DNA of 41,691 bases from a virus. Taxonomy: Duplodnaviria > Caudoviricetes. Of the stretch, positions 1 through 8,179 are shown piece after piece. Below the pieces are notes generated by a model, which was not told where the DNA came from, ran no database searches, and saw nothing but the letters and a program-made list of their open reading frames with translations. Position 1 is the stretch's first letter. Every line of letters starts with the position of its first letter. Location: positions 1 through 41,691 of the IMG/VR virus record IMGVR_UViG_3300037604_000033, one strand, 5' to 3'. The translations under genes were made by a program, and so were the position numbers.

Positions 1-127
1 AACCTGTTCGCCGACAGCCAGAACAACGCCGACCCGGGATCGGCCATCCCGGTCGTCTTCGGCGTCGCCGAGGTCGGGTCGGTCGTGGTGTCGGCCGCCA
101 TCAAGGTCGAGGATCGGACATGATGCG
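1..127. repeat. Terminal direct repeat, copy 1 (circular-contig overlap)
   Basis: 1-127 is identical to 41565-41691. It falls inside the I/J tail genes, so it is an assembly overlap of a circular 41,564-bp genome, not a biological end. Confidence 0.97.
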
Positions 128-3100
128 GGGCGGTCATGCTGCGCCAGCTTTCGCCATTCGGCCGATGGCCGAACGGCTGACGCGCACGGGTGGTCCTGGC
201 GGCGCTGTTGCCGCGCCCGCTGTTCGCGGGCGCAAGGGCGGCAAGGCCGGATCGGGCGGGCGAACGCCGGTCGAGTCGCCTGACAGCCTCTTCGCCGACA
301 GCGTCGCGCGCATCGTCGATGTCGTCTCCGAAGGGGAAATCGGCGGGTGGGCCGATCCTGACAATCCGCGCCGCTGCATCCTGTTTGATGGAACGCCGCT
401 CGAGAACGCGGACGGCTCGCTGAATTTCGAAGGCGTCGACTTCGAGCTGCGCACGGGCTCTGCTGATCAAGAGGCCGTCGCCGGCTTCGAGGCGGTCGAG
501 AGCGAGCACTCGGTCGGCGTCACGGTCGAGCAGGCCCTGCCGGTGACGCGGAGCGTGACCGACGCCGACACTGATGCGGTGCGCATCACGCTCGGCGTCG
601 GTGGGTTCTCCGATCTCGACAGCGCGAGCGGCGACCTGCGGCCAACCTCGGTCGAGATGGCGATCGAGATGCAGGTCGGCGCTGCGGCCTTCGAGGAAGT
701 CACGCGCGTGACGATTTCGGGCAAGACAAGCTCGGGCTATCAGCGGCAAGTCCGCGTCGAGCTGCCCGAGCTGCGCCCGGTGCAGCTCCGGGTGCGGCGG
801 ATCACGGCCGACAGCAACCGCTCTAGCCTGCAGAACGCGGTCGCCTGGCAGACCTACACGGAAATCATCGACGCAAAGCTCGCGTATCCGCACACGGCTT
901 ATGTCGCGCTCACCATCCCGGCGCAGGCCTTCGGCGGCCGCCTGCCGGTGCGCACATACAAGCTCGCGGGCGTCAAATGCCTCGCGCCGGCGAACCGCGA
1001 CGCCGAGACGCGGGAATATGACGAGGCCGAAATCTGGGACGGCTCGCTGACGCGAGTCGCGCACGATAATCCCGCATGGGCGCTTTACACGGCTCTGCTC
1101 GAAGAGCGCTGGGGGCTCGGCGAGTACCTGGGCGCCGCCGAGCCTGACAAGTGGGCTTTCTATCAGCTCGGCAAGTATTGCGATGAGCTGGTGCCGGATG
1201 GCGCAGGCGGCTATGAACCACGCTTCACGCTCAACGGCGCGCTGAGCACGCGCGAGCAGGCCTTCGACGTCATCCAGAAGCTCGGATCGGTGATGCGGGC
1301 GCTCACCATCTGGCGCGAGGGCGCCATTCATGTCGCCGCCGACATGCCGGCCGATCCGGTCAAGCTCGTGACGAACGCCAACGTGCAGGGCGGCCGGTTC
1401 GAATACGCCGGAACCGGCATGACGGCGCGCCATACGGCCGGTTCCGCCGCCTACCGCCATCGCGAGGACAGCTTCGCGCTCAAGCGCTCGCTCTCCTGGG
1501 ATGATCCTGCGCTTGTCGCCCGCTACGGCTGGCGAGAAACCGAGCTGACGCTGCCGATGACGGCCTCTCGCGGCGAGGCACTGCGGCAGCTCAAATGGGC
1601 CATCGACACGGATACGACGCAGCGCGAGACGGTCACCTATGGCTGCGGGCTCGACCATGCCGGGTTGCGGCCCGGCGATGTCGTGCTGATCGCCGACAAG
1701 CATCGGGCCGGATGGCGTCTCGGCGGCCGGCTGCGCGAGATCGAGGCGGCGCGCCTGCGGCTTGACCAGGCGGTCACGCTCTCGGCCTCCGAGAGCTACA
1801 CGCTGGCGGTCGCCAAGCGCGACGGAAGCTTCGCCGAGCTGCCGGTCGCGGTCGGTCTCTCGGGCTCGGTCGAATGGGTGCAGACGGTCGGCCCGCACGG
1901 GCTCGACGCCGAGCTGAAGCCTGGCGCGGTGTTCGTGCTGATGCAGACCAGCGCGCCGCCTCGCGCCTTCCGCATCCTGGAAATCGCGAACGACGCGCCG
2001 CCCTACGCGGTCACGGCGGTGGAGCACGACCCGGACAAATACGCACGAGTCGAGCAGGGCCTGCGGCTTGAGACCGATCCGCCCTACATCCTGACGCCCT
2101 CCGGCGCGATGCCGCCGCCGGTGGCCATCGTGGCCAGCGAATTGCTCTACCGAGACGGCTCGGCCGTGCGCGCCGCGCTCGATGTGAGCGTGAGCGCGCC
2201 CGCCGACCCGCGCGTCGCTGCGCTCGAATTGTCGATGAAGGCGCCCGGCGCCGACGCCTGGTCGAGCCTCGGGCTGCAGGTCTCGCCGCTCTGGCGCGTG
2301 CAGAACGCCGAGCCCGGCCTCTATCGCTTCCGGGCGCGCGCCTTCGACGCCCTGCAGCGCGCCGGGGCCTGGTATGAGGCCGAGCACATCGCGCAAGCGC
2401 TGCTCGCCCCGCCCGAGACCGTCTCGGGGCTCTCGGTCTCGGTCAATGGCGGGCAGGCGACGTTGCGGTGGCAGGCGGTCGCAGACCTTGACGTCGCCGC
2501 CTATCGCATCCGGCACACGGGCGATGAGGCGGGGACCTGGCCGGCGGCGCAGGATGTCGCGACGGTTCCGGCGCCGGCGACCTCGGCCGTGATGCCTGCG
2601 CTGCCGGGGCGGTGGCTCATCAAGGCCATCGACATGAGCGGCATTGAAAGCGCGGCGGCCGCGTCAGCGATCCTGTCATCGGCGCTGCTCGACGGGCTCA
2701 ACGTGGTCGAGCTGGTCGAAGGCGGCGACGCCGCCGGCGGCGTCTGGGATGGCGAGGGCTCCGGCGCCGATGACGTCGAGGGCGACGTTTCGCTGATCTC
2801 GGCAGCGCTCGTGAAGGATTGGGGGCTCGTTAAGGATGTCGGGCTCATCGCGACCTTCGGCGGTCTCGCCGAGTCAGGGACGTTCACGCTGGCCGAGGTG
2901 GTCGACCTCGGCGACGTCTACGCCTGCCGCGTCTCGGCGACGCTCGCGGCCAGCGGTGCGCGGCTCGACAACCTGGTCGCCAATTGGGGGCTGGTCGCGG
3001 ATGTCGGGCTGGTGAGCGGCGCGGCGCCGGAGGCGTGGCGGGCGTCGGTCGAGATTCGCACGACCGACGACGACCCGGCCGGCTCGCCGACCTGGTCGGC

Positions 3101-3467
3101 CTGGGCCGAGATGGTCGCCGGTGACGTCACGGCGCGGGCCTTCGAGTTCCGCGTCGCCCTGGCGCGCTTCGCGCCGCTGGTGACGCCGCGCGTTTCATCG
3201 GTCGAGATCACGGTCGACATGCCCGACAGGGTGGCGGGCGCGGATGCGGTCACGGTGCCATCGGGTGGCCTCCGCGTCTCCTACGCCCCGGCGTTCCGCG
3301 CCAGGCCGGCGCTCGCGGTCGACGCGCATGGGCTATCGGCCGGCGACCGCAAGGCCGTGACCAACGCCGACGCTACCGGGTTCGACGTGCAGTTTTTTGA
3401 CGCGGGCGGCTCGCCCGTCGAGCGCGTCGTCGACTGGATCGCCAAGGGCTACGGCCGGAAAATCTAA
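120..3467 (+). CDS. Tail tip / host-specificity protein (lambda J-like, TipJ) with FN3-like C-terminal region
   Basis: 1115 aa. J-family motifs SEGEIGG, YPHTAY, DNPAW, EPRFTLNG, LRPGDV. Follows the M-L-K-I tail tip genes on the circle with an ATGA overlap. Confidence 0.92.
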   Translation: MMRGGHAAPAFAIRPMAERLTRTGGPGGAVAAPAVRGRKGGKAGSGGRTPVESPDSLFADSVARIVDVVSEGEIGGWADPDNPRRCILFDGTPLENADGSLNFEGVDFELRTGSADQEAVAGFEAVESEHSVGVTVEQALPVTRSVTDADTDAVRITLGVGGFSDLDSASGDLRPTSVEMAIEMQVGAAAFEEVTRVTISGKTSSGYQRQVRVELPELRPVQLRVRRITADSNRSSLQNAVAWQTYTEIIDAKLAYPHTAYVALTIPAQAFGGRLPVRTYKLAGVKCLAPANRDAETREYDEAEIWDGSLTRVAHDNPAWALYTALLEERWGLGEYLGAAEPDKWAFYQLGKYCDELVPDGAGGYEPRFTLNGALSTREQAFDVIQKLGSVMRALTIWREGAIHVAADMPADPVKLVTNANVQGGRFEYAGTGMTARHTAGSAAYRHREDSFALKRSLSWDDPALVARYGWRETELTLPMTASRGEALRQLKWAIDTDTTQRETVTYGCGLDHAGLRPGDVVLIADKHRAGWRLGGRLREIEAARLRLDQAVTLSASESYTLAVAKRDGSFAELPVAVGLSGSVEWVQTVGPHGLDAELKPGAVFVLMQTSAPPRAFRILEIANDAPPYAVTAVEHDPDKYARVEQGLRLETDPPYILTPSGAMPPPVAIVASELLYRDGSAVRAALDVSVSAPADPRVAALELSMKAPGADAWSSLGLQVSPLWRVQNAEPGLYRFRARAFDALQRAGAWYEAEHIAQALLAPPETVSGLSVSVNGGQATLRWQAVADLDVAAYRIRHTGDEAGTWPAAQDVATVPAPATSAVMPALPGRWLIKAIDMSGIESAAAASAILSSALLDGLNVVELVEGGDAAGGVWDGEGSGADDVEGDVSLISAALVKDWGLVKDVGLIATFGGLAESGTFTLAEVVDLGDVYACRVSATLAASGARLDNLVANWGLVADVGLVSGAAPEAWRASVEIRTTDDDPAGSPTWSAWAEMVAGDVTARAFEFRVALARFAPLVTPRVSSVEITVDMPDRVAGADAVTVPSGGLRVSYAPAFRARPALAVDAHGLSAGDRKAVTNADATGFDVQFFDAGGSPVERVVDWIAKGYGRKI

Positions 3468-3482
3468 GAAGAGCGAGAGAGA

Positions 3483-4451
3483 ATGGCGCAGAAAAACCTC
3501 AACCTTGATCCCGAGACGCTGCTCGGAACCGAGCTGATCTCCGAGCTGAATTTGTGGGCGGCGGCGGTCAAGAGCCTGCATTCGGGCGCGACCCGGCCGA
3601 GCTATCTGACCGCCGGCGGAATGTGGGTGGACACAAGCGCGGCCGGCTTCCTGACGCTGAAACTGTATGACGGCGCGTCCGACGTCGCGCTCGCGACCGT
3701 GACGACCGCGACGCACGCCCTGGCGCTGGCCGCGCATTCGCACGCAATCAGCGACGTTACGGGGCTGCAGACGGCGCTCGACGGCAAGAGCGCGGCCGGA
3801 CACGGCCACGCGCTCGAAGAAATCTCTGGCCTGGTCGCCGCCTTGGCCGGCAAGAGCGCGACCGGGCACGGCCACGCGCTCGAAGACGTCACGGGTCTGG
3901 CCGCCGCCCTGGCGGGCAATTGGTCACACGTCGGCAGCCTGACCGCCTCAGCAGACGCGACGCTCGAATTCACGGATCTCGATGAGTTCGACGAATACGA
4001 GTTCATTTTCGATGATGTTCTCCCGGCGAACGACGGGGTCCAGTTCAAGCTACGCTTGTCTTCAGATAATGGCGTCAGCTTCAACAGCGGCGCCAGCGAC
4101 TACTCGTGGGCTATTCAGTGGGTTTACGACACCAGCACTACAGCTAGCGCGTACAACGGCGTTAATGTCGATGACATCCGACTTGTGGCCTCAGGTTTGG
4201 CCGTGGGGAATGGTGCAAGTGAGGGCGTGTGCGGCTCAGTTTTTCTACACAGGCATAAAAACGCGAGTGTCGAGACGCGGGTCACCGGCCGATTGATCCA
4301 CAACTATTCGAACGCAAACCAGTTAGTTCACAGCCGTGTGGGCGGGCGACGTAAAGCCAACGAAGTCAGTGACGCTGCTCAGTTCTTCTTTGATTCCGGG
4401 AACATCGCTTCCGGCTCCATCCATCTCCTCGGAAGGAACTACACGACATGA
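3483..4451 (+). CDS. Tail fibre / receptor-binding protein
   Basis: 322 aa directly after J. N-terminal LHSGATRP..WVDTS fibre-attachment-type motif, three HxH fibre repeats, and a compositionally distinct C-terminal domain. Confidence 0.8.
   Translation: MAQKNLNLDPETLLGTELISELNLWAAAVKSLHSGATRPSYLTAGGMWVDTSAAGFLTLKLYDGASDVALATVTTATHALALAAHSHAISDVTGLQTALDGKSAAGHGHALEEISGLVAALAGKSATGHGHALEDVTGLAAALAGNWSHVGSLTASADATLEFTDLDEFDEYEFIFDDVLPANDGVQFKLRLSSDNGVSFNSGASDYSWAIQWVYDTSTTASAYNGVNVDDIRLVASGLAVGNGASEGVCGSVFLHRHKNASVETRVTGRLIHNYSNANQLVHSRVGGRRKANEVSDAAQFFFDSGNIASGSIHLLGRNYTT
3735..3918 (+). repeat. Three 66-bp (22-aa) phage tail fibre repeats
   Basis: HSHAISDVTGLQTALDGKSAAG / HGHALEEISGLVAALAGKSATG / HGHALEDVTGLAAALAG starting at 3735, 3801 and 3867. 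Confidence 0.9.
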
Positions 4452-4885
4452 CCGTCAAGAGAAAACGACTGAGCGCTCGCGACGGCAACGTTGCGATTAT
4501 CGAAACAACTGAGGAAGCGCTTAACCGGCCGGATCCGCCCGGGCCGACGTCGGCCGAGCTGGCCGCGACGCTCTCGCTCCGGGCCTCGGCGTTCTGGGTC
4601 GGGTTGCAGCGCGCGCTTGTCGCGAAAGGCGCCATGACGCTGCAGGATGACGTGCAGGCGCATGTCCTGGTGACGATCGAGGCCGCCGAGGCCGGCGAGG
4701 CGATCGACGCCGAAACCGCGATGGAGGCGCGCATTCGCGTCCGCACGGCCGGCGACTTCCTGCGCAATGATCCCGAGCTGCCGGGGCTGCTCGACGGCAT
4801 CGGCGCGCTTCTCGGGCTCTCGCCGAGTGACATCGACGATGTGTTCCTGCGCGCCGCAGGCCTGGCGCCGCCCGAGCCCGCCTGA
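4448..4885 (+). CDS. Putative tail fibre assembly/chaperone protein
   Basis: ATGA overlap with the fibre gene. C-terminal LGLSxxDIDxVFxxA motif typical of small proteins that follow fibre genes. Confidence 0.55.
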   Translation: MTVKRKRLSARDGNVAIIETTEEALNRPDPPGPTSAELAATLSLRASAFWVGLQRALVAKGAMTLQDDVQAHVLVTIEAAEAGEAIDAETAMEARIRVRTAGDFLRNDPELPGLLDGIGALLGLSPSDIDDVFLRAAGLAPPEPA

Positions 4886-4932
4886 CCGGGCCGCAGTGCG
4901 GCCGCCCTTCCCCTGACATCGCGGAGAGAGCC

Positions 4933-5589
4933 ATGCATCTCACAGCAACCGGGGCGCTCATGCGCCTCGCGGAAACCGTCTATGCCGAGCGCGATCTCGA
5001 CGACCCGCCTGGGCGCGAGCTGGCCGATGCGGCTCTCGTGCTCGCGACGGCGGGCTCGGCGCGTTGGGCGGAGATCGCCGCCCGCGTCGTCGAGGCCTGG
5101 CCCGAGCGGGAACAGGTCGGCTATCTGCGCGATCGGCGCGAGGTCATGCCCGAGACGGTTTTCGAGCATTTCTCAAAGCCGGGCGTCTGGCCCGATCCGG
5201 TCGGCGCAGGCGAGCAGATGGTCGAGCTGGTCGAGATCGAGGGCGGCGCGATCCTGACCGGCGACGGGAAGATCGACCCGGTTCTCGACGGCACGCTTGC
5301 GCCGAGTTCCGATGAGGTCGTCGCGCAGCGCTTCAATCAAATCGAGACTCGGCTCGACCAGTCGGATGAGCGGCTGAGCCAATTTGAATCAGCGCTTGCG
5401 GCGCATGAGGCGGGCCTTCAGATCGTCGCCGCGTCGCTCTCGCGCCATATCATCCGTTCCGGCGCGCTGCCGCGCTGGCGCACGCTCGAAGAGTTCAAGC
5501 TGCTCGTGATCGAGGTCATGGGGACCGAGCAGGTCCCGCTCGACCAGCTCGCCATCGATCCGGCGGCGCTGCCGACGCAGGAGGGGTGA
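4933..5589 (+). CDS. Hypothetical protein (C-terminal coiled coil)
   Basis: 218 aa, GGAGAG RBS upstream, co-oriented between the fibre and lysis genes. Confidence 0.7.
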   Translation: MHLTATGALMRLAETVYAERDLDDPPGRELADAALVLATAGSARWAEIAARVVEAWPEREQVGYLRDRREVMPETVFEHFSKPGVWPDPVGAGEQMVELVEIEGGAILTGDGKIDPVLDGTLAPSSDEVVAQRFNQIETRLDQSDERLSQFESALAAHEAGLQIVAASLSRHIIRSGALPRWRTLEEFKLLVIEVMGTEQVPLDQLAIDPAALPTQEG

Positions 5590-5592
5590 GCC

Positions 5593-6555
5593 ATGGGCCA
5601 CGCTCCGCAGCCCTTCACGCACCCGCTTCCTGGCGTCTGGGATGGGGTCGCCGATGGTCGGCGGGATCGGCCGCCGCCGGCCGCCTATCCGCCGCCTGGC
5701 GCGGGCCTGACGCAATCGCGCACGACGCAGACGACGGCGGCCGCCTTCGCTGCGCTGCCGTTCGCAGAGCCGTCCGACCCGGAAAGCGCCGTTTCGGTTG
5801 AGAAGGTCGCCCGGCGGTGGTGGGAGATCGACCCGGCGTCCTGGCCGCTGCCGCATTTCCCGCCCGAGGAATTGCGGTGTCGGGCAGAAGACGCGCTCGG
5901 CGGCGGCCTGGTGTATCTGGCGCCCGCCGTGGGCGCGTTCCTGGAGTTCCTGCGCGCCGAGACGGGCGGGCGGCCGCTCACGGTGTCGAGCTGCTACCGC
6001 ACGCGCGCATATAACGATGCGCTGCGGCGGCGCGGCTACGGGACGGCGCAGCGGTCGCAGCACATGCTCGGGCGGGCGATCGACGTACAGGTGCGCGGGC
6101 GCTCCGCCGACGCGCTGCTCGACGCCGCGTCGCGGTTCGTCGGCCCGAATGGCGAGCGTGTCGGCGGTGTCGGAACCTATCCGAGGTCTCGCGTGCCGTT
6201 CATTCATTTCGATTTCGGCCCGGCCGGCCGCCGCTGGGGCGATCCTTTCGAGCCCGGCTTCGCCGGCATGGCTGAAGACGAAACGGGGGCGATCAGCGAG
6301 GCCGAGGCCGACGACCAGGCGAAGGCCGGCCGGGCGATTGGCGGCGTTGGCGCGGGGGCGGCGACCGGCGGCGGCCTGGTCGTGACCGGGGCGGCCGGCG
6401 ATCAGATCGGCCCGGAGTTCGTGCTGCAGCTCGCCCGGTACGGCGCGCCGACCGCCGTTGCGCTCGGCGCCGCCTTCGCGGCCTGGGTCTATCGGCGCGA
6501 GCTGGCCGCCTGGTCGCGCCGCGCCTGGTCGCGGATCGCGGGGCGGCTCCGATGA
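5593..6555 (+). CDS. Endolysin, peptidase M15 (YcbK/D-Ala-D-Ala Zn-peptidase-like) with C-terminal hydrophobic segments
   Basis: Motifs SCYRTxxYN, SQHMLGRAIDV, GVGTY, FIHFD; GAGGGG RBS; located in the lysis position. Confidence 0.85.
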   Translation: MGHAPQPFTHPLPGVWDGVADGRRDRPPPAAYPPPGAGLTQSRTTQTTAAAFAALPFAEPSDPESAVSVEKVARRWWEIDPASWPLPHFPPEELRCRAEDALGGGLVYLAPAVGAFLEFLRAETGGRPLTVSSCYRTRAYNDALRRRGYGTAQRSQHMLGRAIDVQVRGRSADALLDAASRFVGPNGERVGGVGTYPRSRVPFIHFDFGPAGRRWGDPFEPGFAGMAEDETGAISEAEADDQAKAGRAIGGVGAGAATGGGLVVTGAAGDQIGPEFVLQLARYGAPTAVALGAAFAAWVYRRELAAWSRRAWSRIAGRLR

Positions 6556-6896
6556 TCGGCGCGCTGTTCGGCGGTCTGCCGACGCTCACGGCGGGGACCT
6601 GGCGCTTTCTGCGCGTGGCGGCGGCGCTGCTCGCGGCGCTCGGCGTCGTCGTCGCGGTCGTTTCATGGATCGAGCATGCCGCCGTGCTCGAAGATCGCGC
6701 CAACCGGGCGCAGCAGGCGCAGGCGGAAACCGAGCGGGTAAGGGAATGGGTGAATGATAAACGCGAAACAGCGGATTGGCGCGACGCTTTGCCTGATCTT
6801 GGGGCTGAGCGGCTGCAGCTCATGGGGGGAGAAGGCGGCGAGCATCAATCCGGTGGCGGTGGAGCCGACGCCGATTCCGCCGGCGACGCGCCTTGA
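6552..6896 (+). CDS. Putative inner-membrane spanin (Rz-like)
   Basis: N-terminal TM segment (VAAALLAALGVVVAVVSWI) followed by a helical region. Directly after the endolysin and overlapping a lipoprotein ORF. Confidence 0.6.
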   Translation: MIGALFGGLPTLTAGTWRFLRVAAALLAALGVVVAVVSWIEHAAVLEDRANRAQQAQAETERVREWVNDKRETADWRDALPDLGAERLQLMGGEGGEHQSGGGGADADSAGDAP

Positions 6897-7077
6897 GATC
6901 GGCGCGGCGCTGCGCCGGATCGGCGATGAGGAAACCGGGCGCCCGATCCCGCGCGCCGAGCGCGAGCCGATGACGGATGCGGAGGCTGCGGCGATCCTGG
7001 AGGGCGTGCGGGCCTGCTGGATCGACCGGGGGGCGATGCGGCAGGCGCTGGGGGCGGCGAAACGGCTGAGCGAGTGA
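6754..7077 (+). CDS. Putative outer-membrane lipoprotein spanin (Rz1-like)
   Basis: Signal peptide with lipobox LILGLSG-C and a Pro-rich mature part. Overlaps the i-spanin candidate by 143 nt in another frame. Confidence 0.65.
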   Translation: MINAKQRIGATLCLILGLSGCSSWGEKAASINPVAVEPTPIPPATRLEIGAALRRIGDEETGRPIPRAEREPMTDAEAAAILEGVRACWIDRGAMRQALGAAKRLSE

Positions 7078-7120
7078 GGGCGGCCGCGTTGGCGGCGAGG
7101 GATGCGAGAGAGGGCGGCGG

Positions 7121-7492
7121 GTGAGCGACGCAATCACGTTGGGATATCAGGACGCGGCGGCGCTCGGCGGGCTCGCTGTCGCTGCTGCGGGCCTTTACTG
7201 GCAAGTGCGCCGGGCCGTTCGCGCCGACATGAAGGCCGAACGCGAGGTGATCGCCAGCGAGCGCGCCGCGCTTCTCGAACAGCACCAGGCGCTTAACGCC
7301 CGGCTGCAGGATCACATCGACCGCATGCGCAAGCGCCTTGAGGCGCTCGAAGCGCGCGAGTCGACGCTGCAAGAGAGGCTGCGCGCCGTCGAGGCGGAAA
7401 ACCGGCGCCTGCGGGCGCTTCTGATCGAGAAGACCGGCGGCGACGTGATCGAATTTGAGCGCCTGCAGAAGTTGCGGCCGGGCGCTGCTTAG
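7121..7492 (+). CDS. Membrane-anchored coiled-coil protein (possible holin/lysis accessory)
   Basis: One N-terminal TM (AAALGGLAVAAAGLYW) plus a coiled coil; last gene of the late operon. Confidence 0.55.
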   Translation: MSDAITLGYQDAAALGGLAVAAAGLYWQVRRAVRADMKAEREVIASERAALLEQHQALNARLQDHIDRMRKRLEALEARESTLQERLRAVEAENRRLRALLIEKTGGDVIEFERLQKLRPGAA

Positions 7493-7534
7493 GCTGGTTC
7501 CGAATCATCGTAAACCAGAACGCGGCGTGAACGG

Positions 7535-7585
7535 GCTGTGCCGCGTTTGTGCCACATCACATAGCGCTGTGCCGCCTTGTGCTGC
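7535..7585. promoter_or_regulatory. Putative integrase arm-type sites of attP
   Basis: Repeated TGTGC(C/T)(G/A)C units: GCTGTGCCGCGTTTGTGCCAC (7535-7555) and GCTGTGCCGCCTTGTGCTGC (7566-7585), 55-100 bp from the att core. Confidence 0.5.
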
Positions 7586-7638
7586 ACTCTAGGCGCTGTT
7601 TGTTCCGCCGCGAAGTGCGGCTAAGCCCTTGAAAGCGC

Positions 7639-7683
7639 TGGTGCCCGTAGTAAGAATTGAACTTACGGCCTCTCCCTTACCAA
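7639..7683 (-). mobile_element. attP: attP common core = 3' half of tRNA-Thr(GGT)
   Basis: Reverse complement reads TTGGTAA GGGAG AGGCC GTAAG TTCAATT CTTAC TACGGGC ACCA: anticodon loop with GGT, perfect T-arm, acceptor 3' strand and CCA. No 5' half is present. It lies in the intergenic gap next to the integrase operon. Confidence 0.9.
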
Positions 7684-7759
7684 CGGGGAATTAGTGGCGC
7701 GCAAGCCCTTGCTGCGCAAGGCGTTCCAGCTTCAACCGGCTTTTTGTGACTCGGACTTG

Positions 7760-8179
7760 TCAGGAGAGCAGAAAGGCGGCGGCATGGCGCCGGAACGCGA
7801 AGGCGCGGCGGGCGGCGGCCTTGAGAACGGCCGTCGCGAGATCGGCGTCGACCCTGAACCATTCTCCCCGCTCGTGCGCATGGGCGAGCTTCGCGTGCGC
7901 CCAAGCTTCCGCGTAGCGCGCGCCGATCTCGGGGACCTCGGCCGTGCGCTCAAGCCGGAGCGCCTGCGGGTTTCCAGGCTGCAGCGCGGCCATCCGCCGG
8001 GCGGGCTCGCGGGCGATCCCGAGCTTGCGCCAGTCGCCGCAGGAGATCACGTAAAGCCGCGTGAGGGCGTCGAGCGCCTGCTCGAGGTCGCCGGGGGGCG
8101 GGTCGATTCGGAAATCGACGAACGTCAGGCGGCCGCGCTGGTCGCGGCTCTCATCGAAGAGCGTTGGGCCGGTCGCCAC
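7760..8179 (-). CDS. T5orf172/Mug113-like (GIY-YIG superfamily) protein
   Basis: LYVI..RKLGIA.EPARRMAALQPGNP..L..AEAWAH..L....RGEWF motif chain. GTG start inferred at 8179 with GAGG upstream, overlapping the end of int. Confidence 0.75.
   Translation of the reverse strand: MATGPTLFDESRDQRGRLTFVDFRIDPPPGDLEQALDALTRLYVISCGDWRKLGIAREPARRMAALQPGNPQALRLERTAEVPEIGARYAEAWAHAKLAHAHERGEWFRVDADLATAVLKAAARRAFAFRRHAAAFLLS

Noticed and set aside
1-127. Biological terminal repeat (T7-like DTR or LTR)
   Set aside because: The length equals a common assembler k-mer and the repeat lies inside coding sequence; the HNH/terminase arrangement points to cos packaging elsewhere.
3483-4451. Diversity-generating retroelement or invertible fibre cassette
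   Set aside because: No reverse transcriptase or serine invertase was found, and I saw no second copy of the fibre tip to act as template.
7518-7532. Alphaproteobacterial LexA box GAAC-N7-GAAC
   Set aside because: It is an exact match, but roughly one chance hit is expected in a genome this size and no gene start lies downstream. Revisit only if an SOS-controlled transcript maps here.
7639-7683. Complete phage tRNA gene
   Set aside because: Only the anticodon loop to CCA is present, with no D-arm or 5' acceptor strand, so it is an att core.
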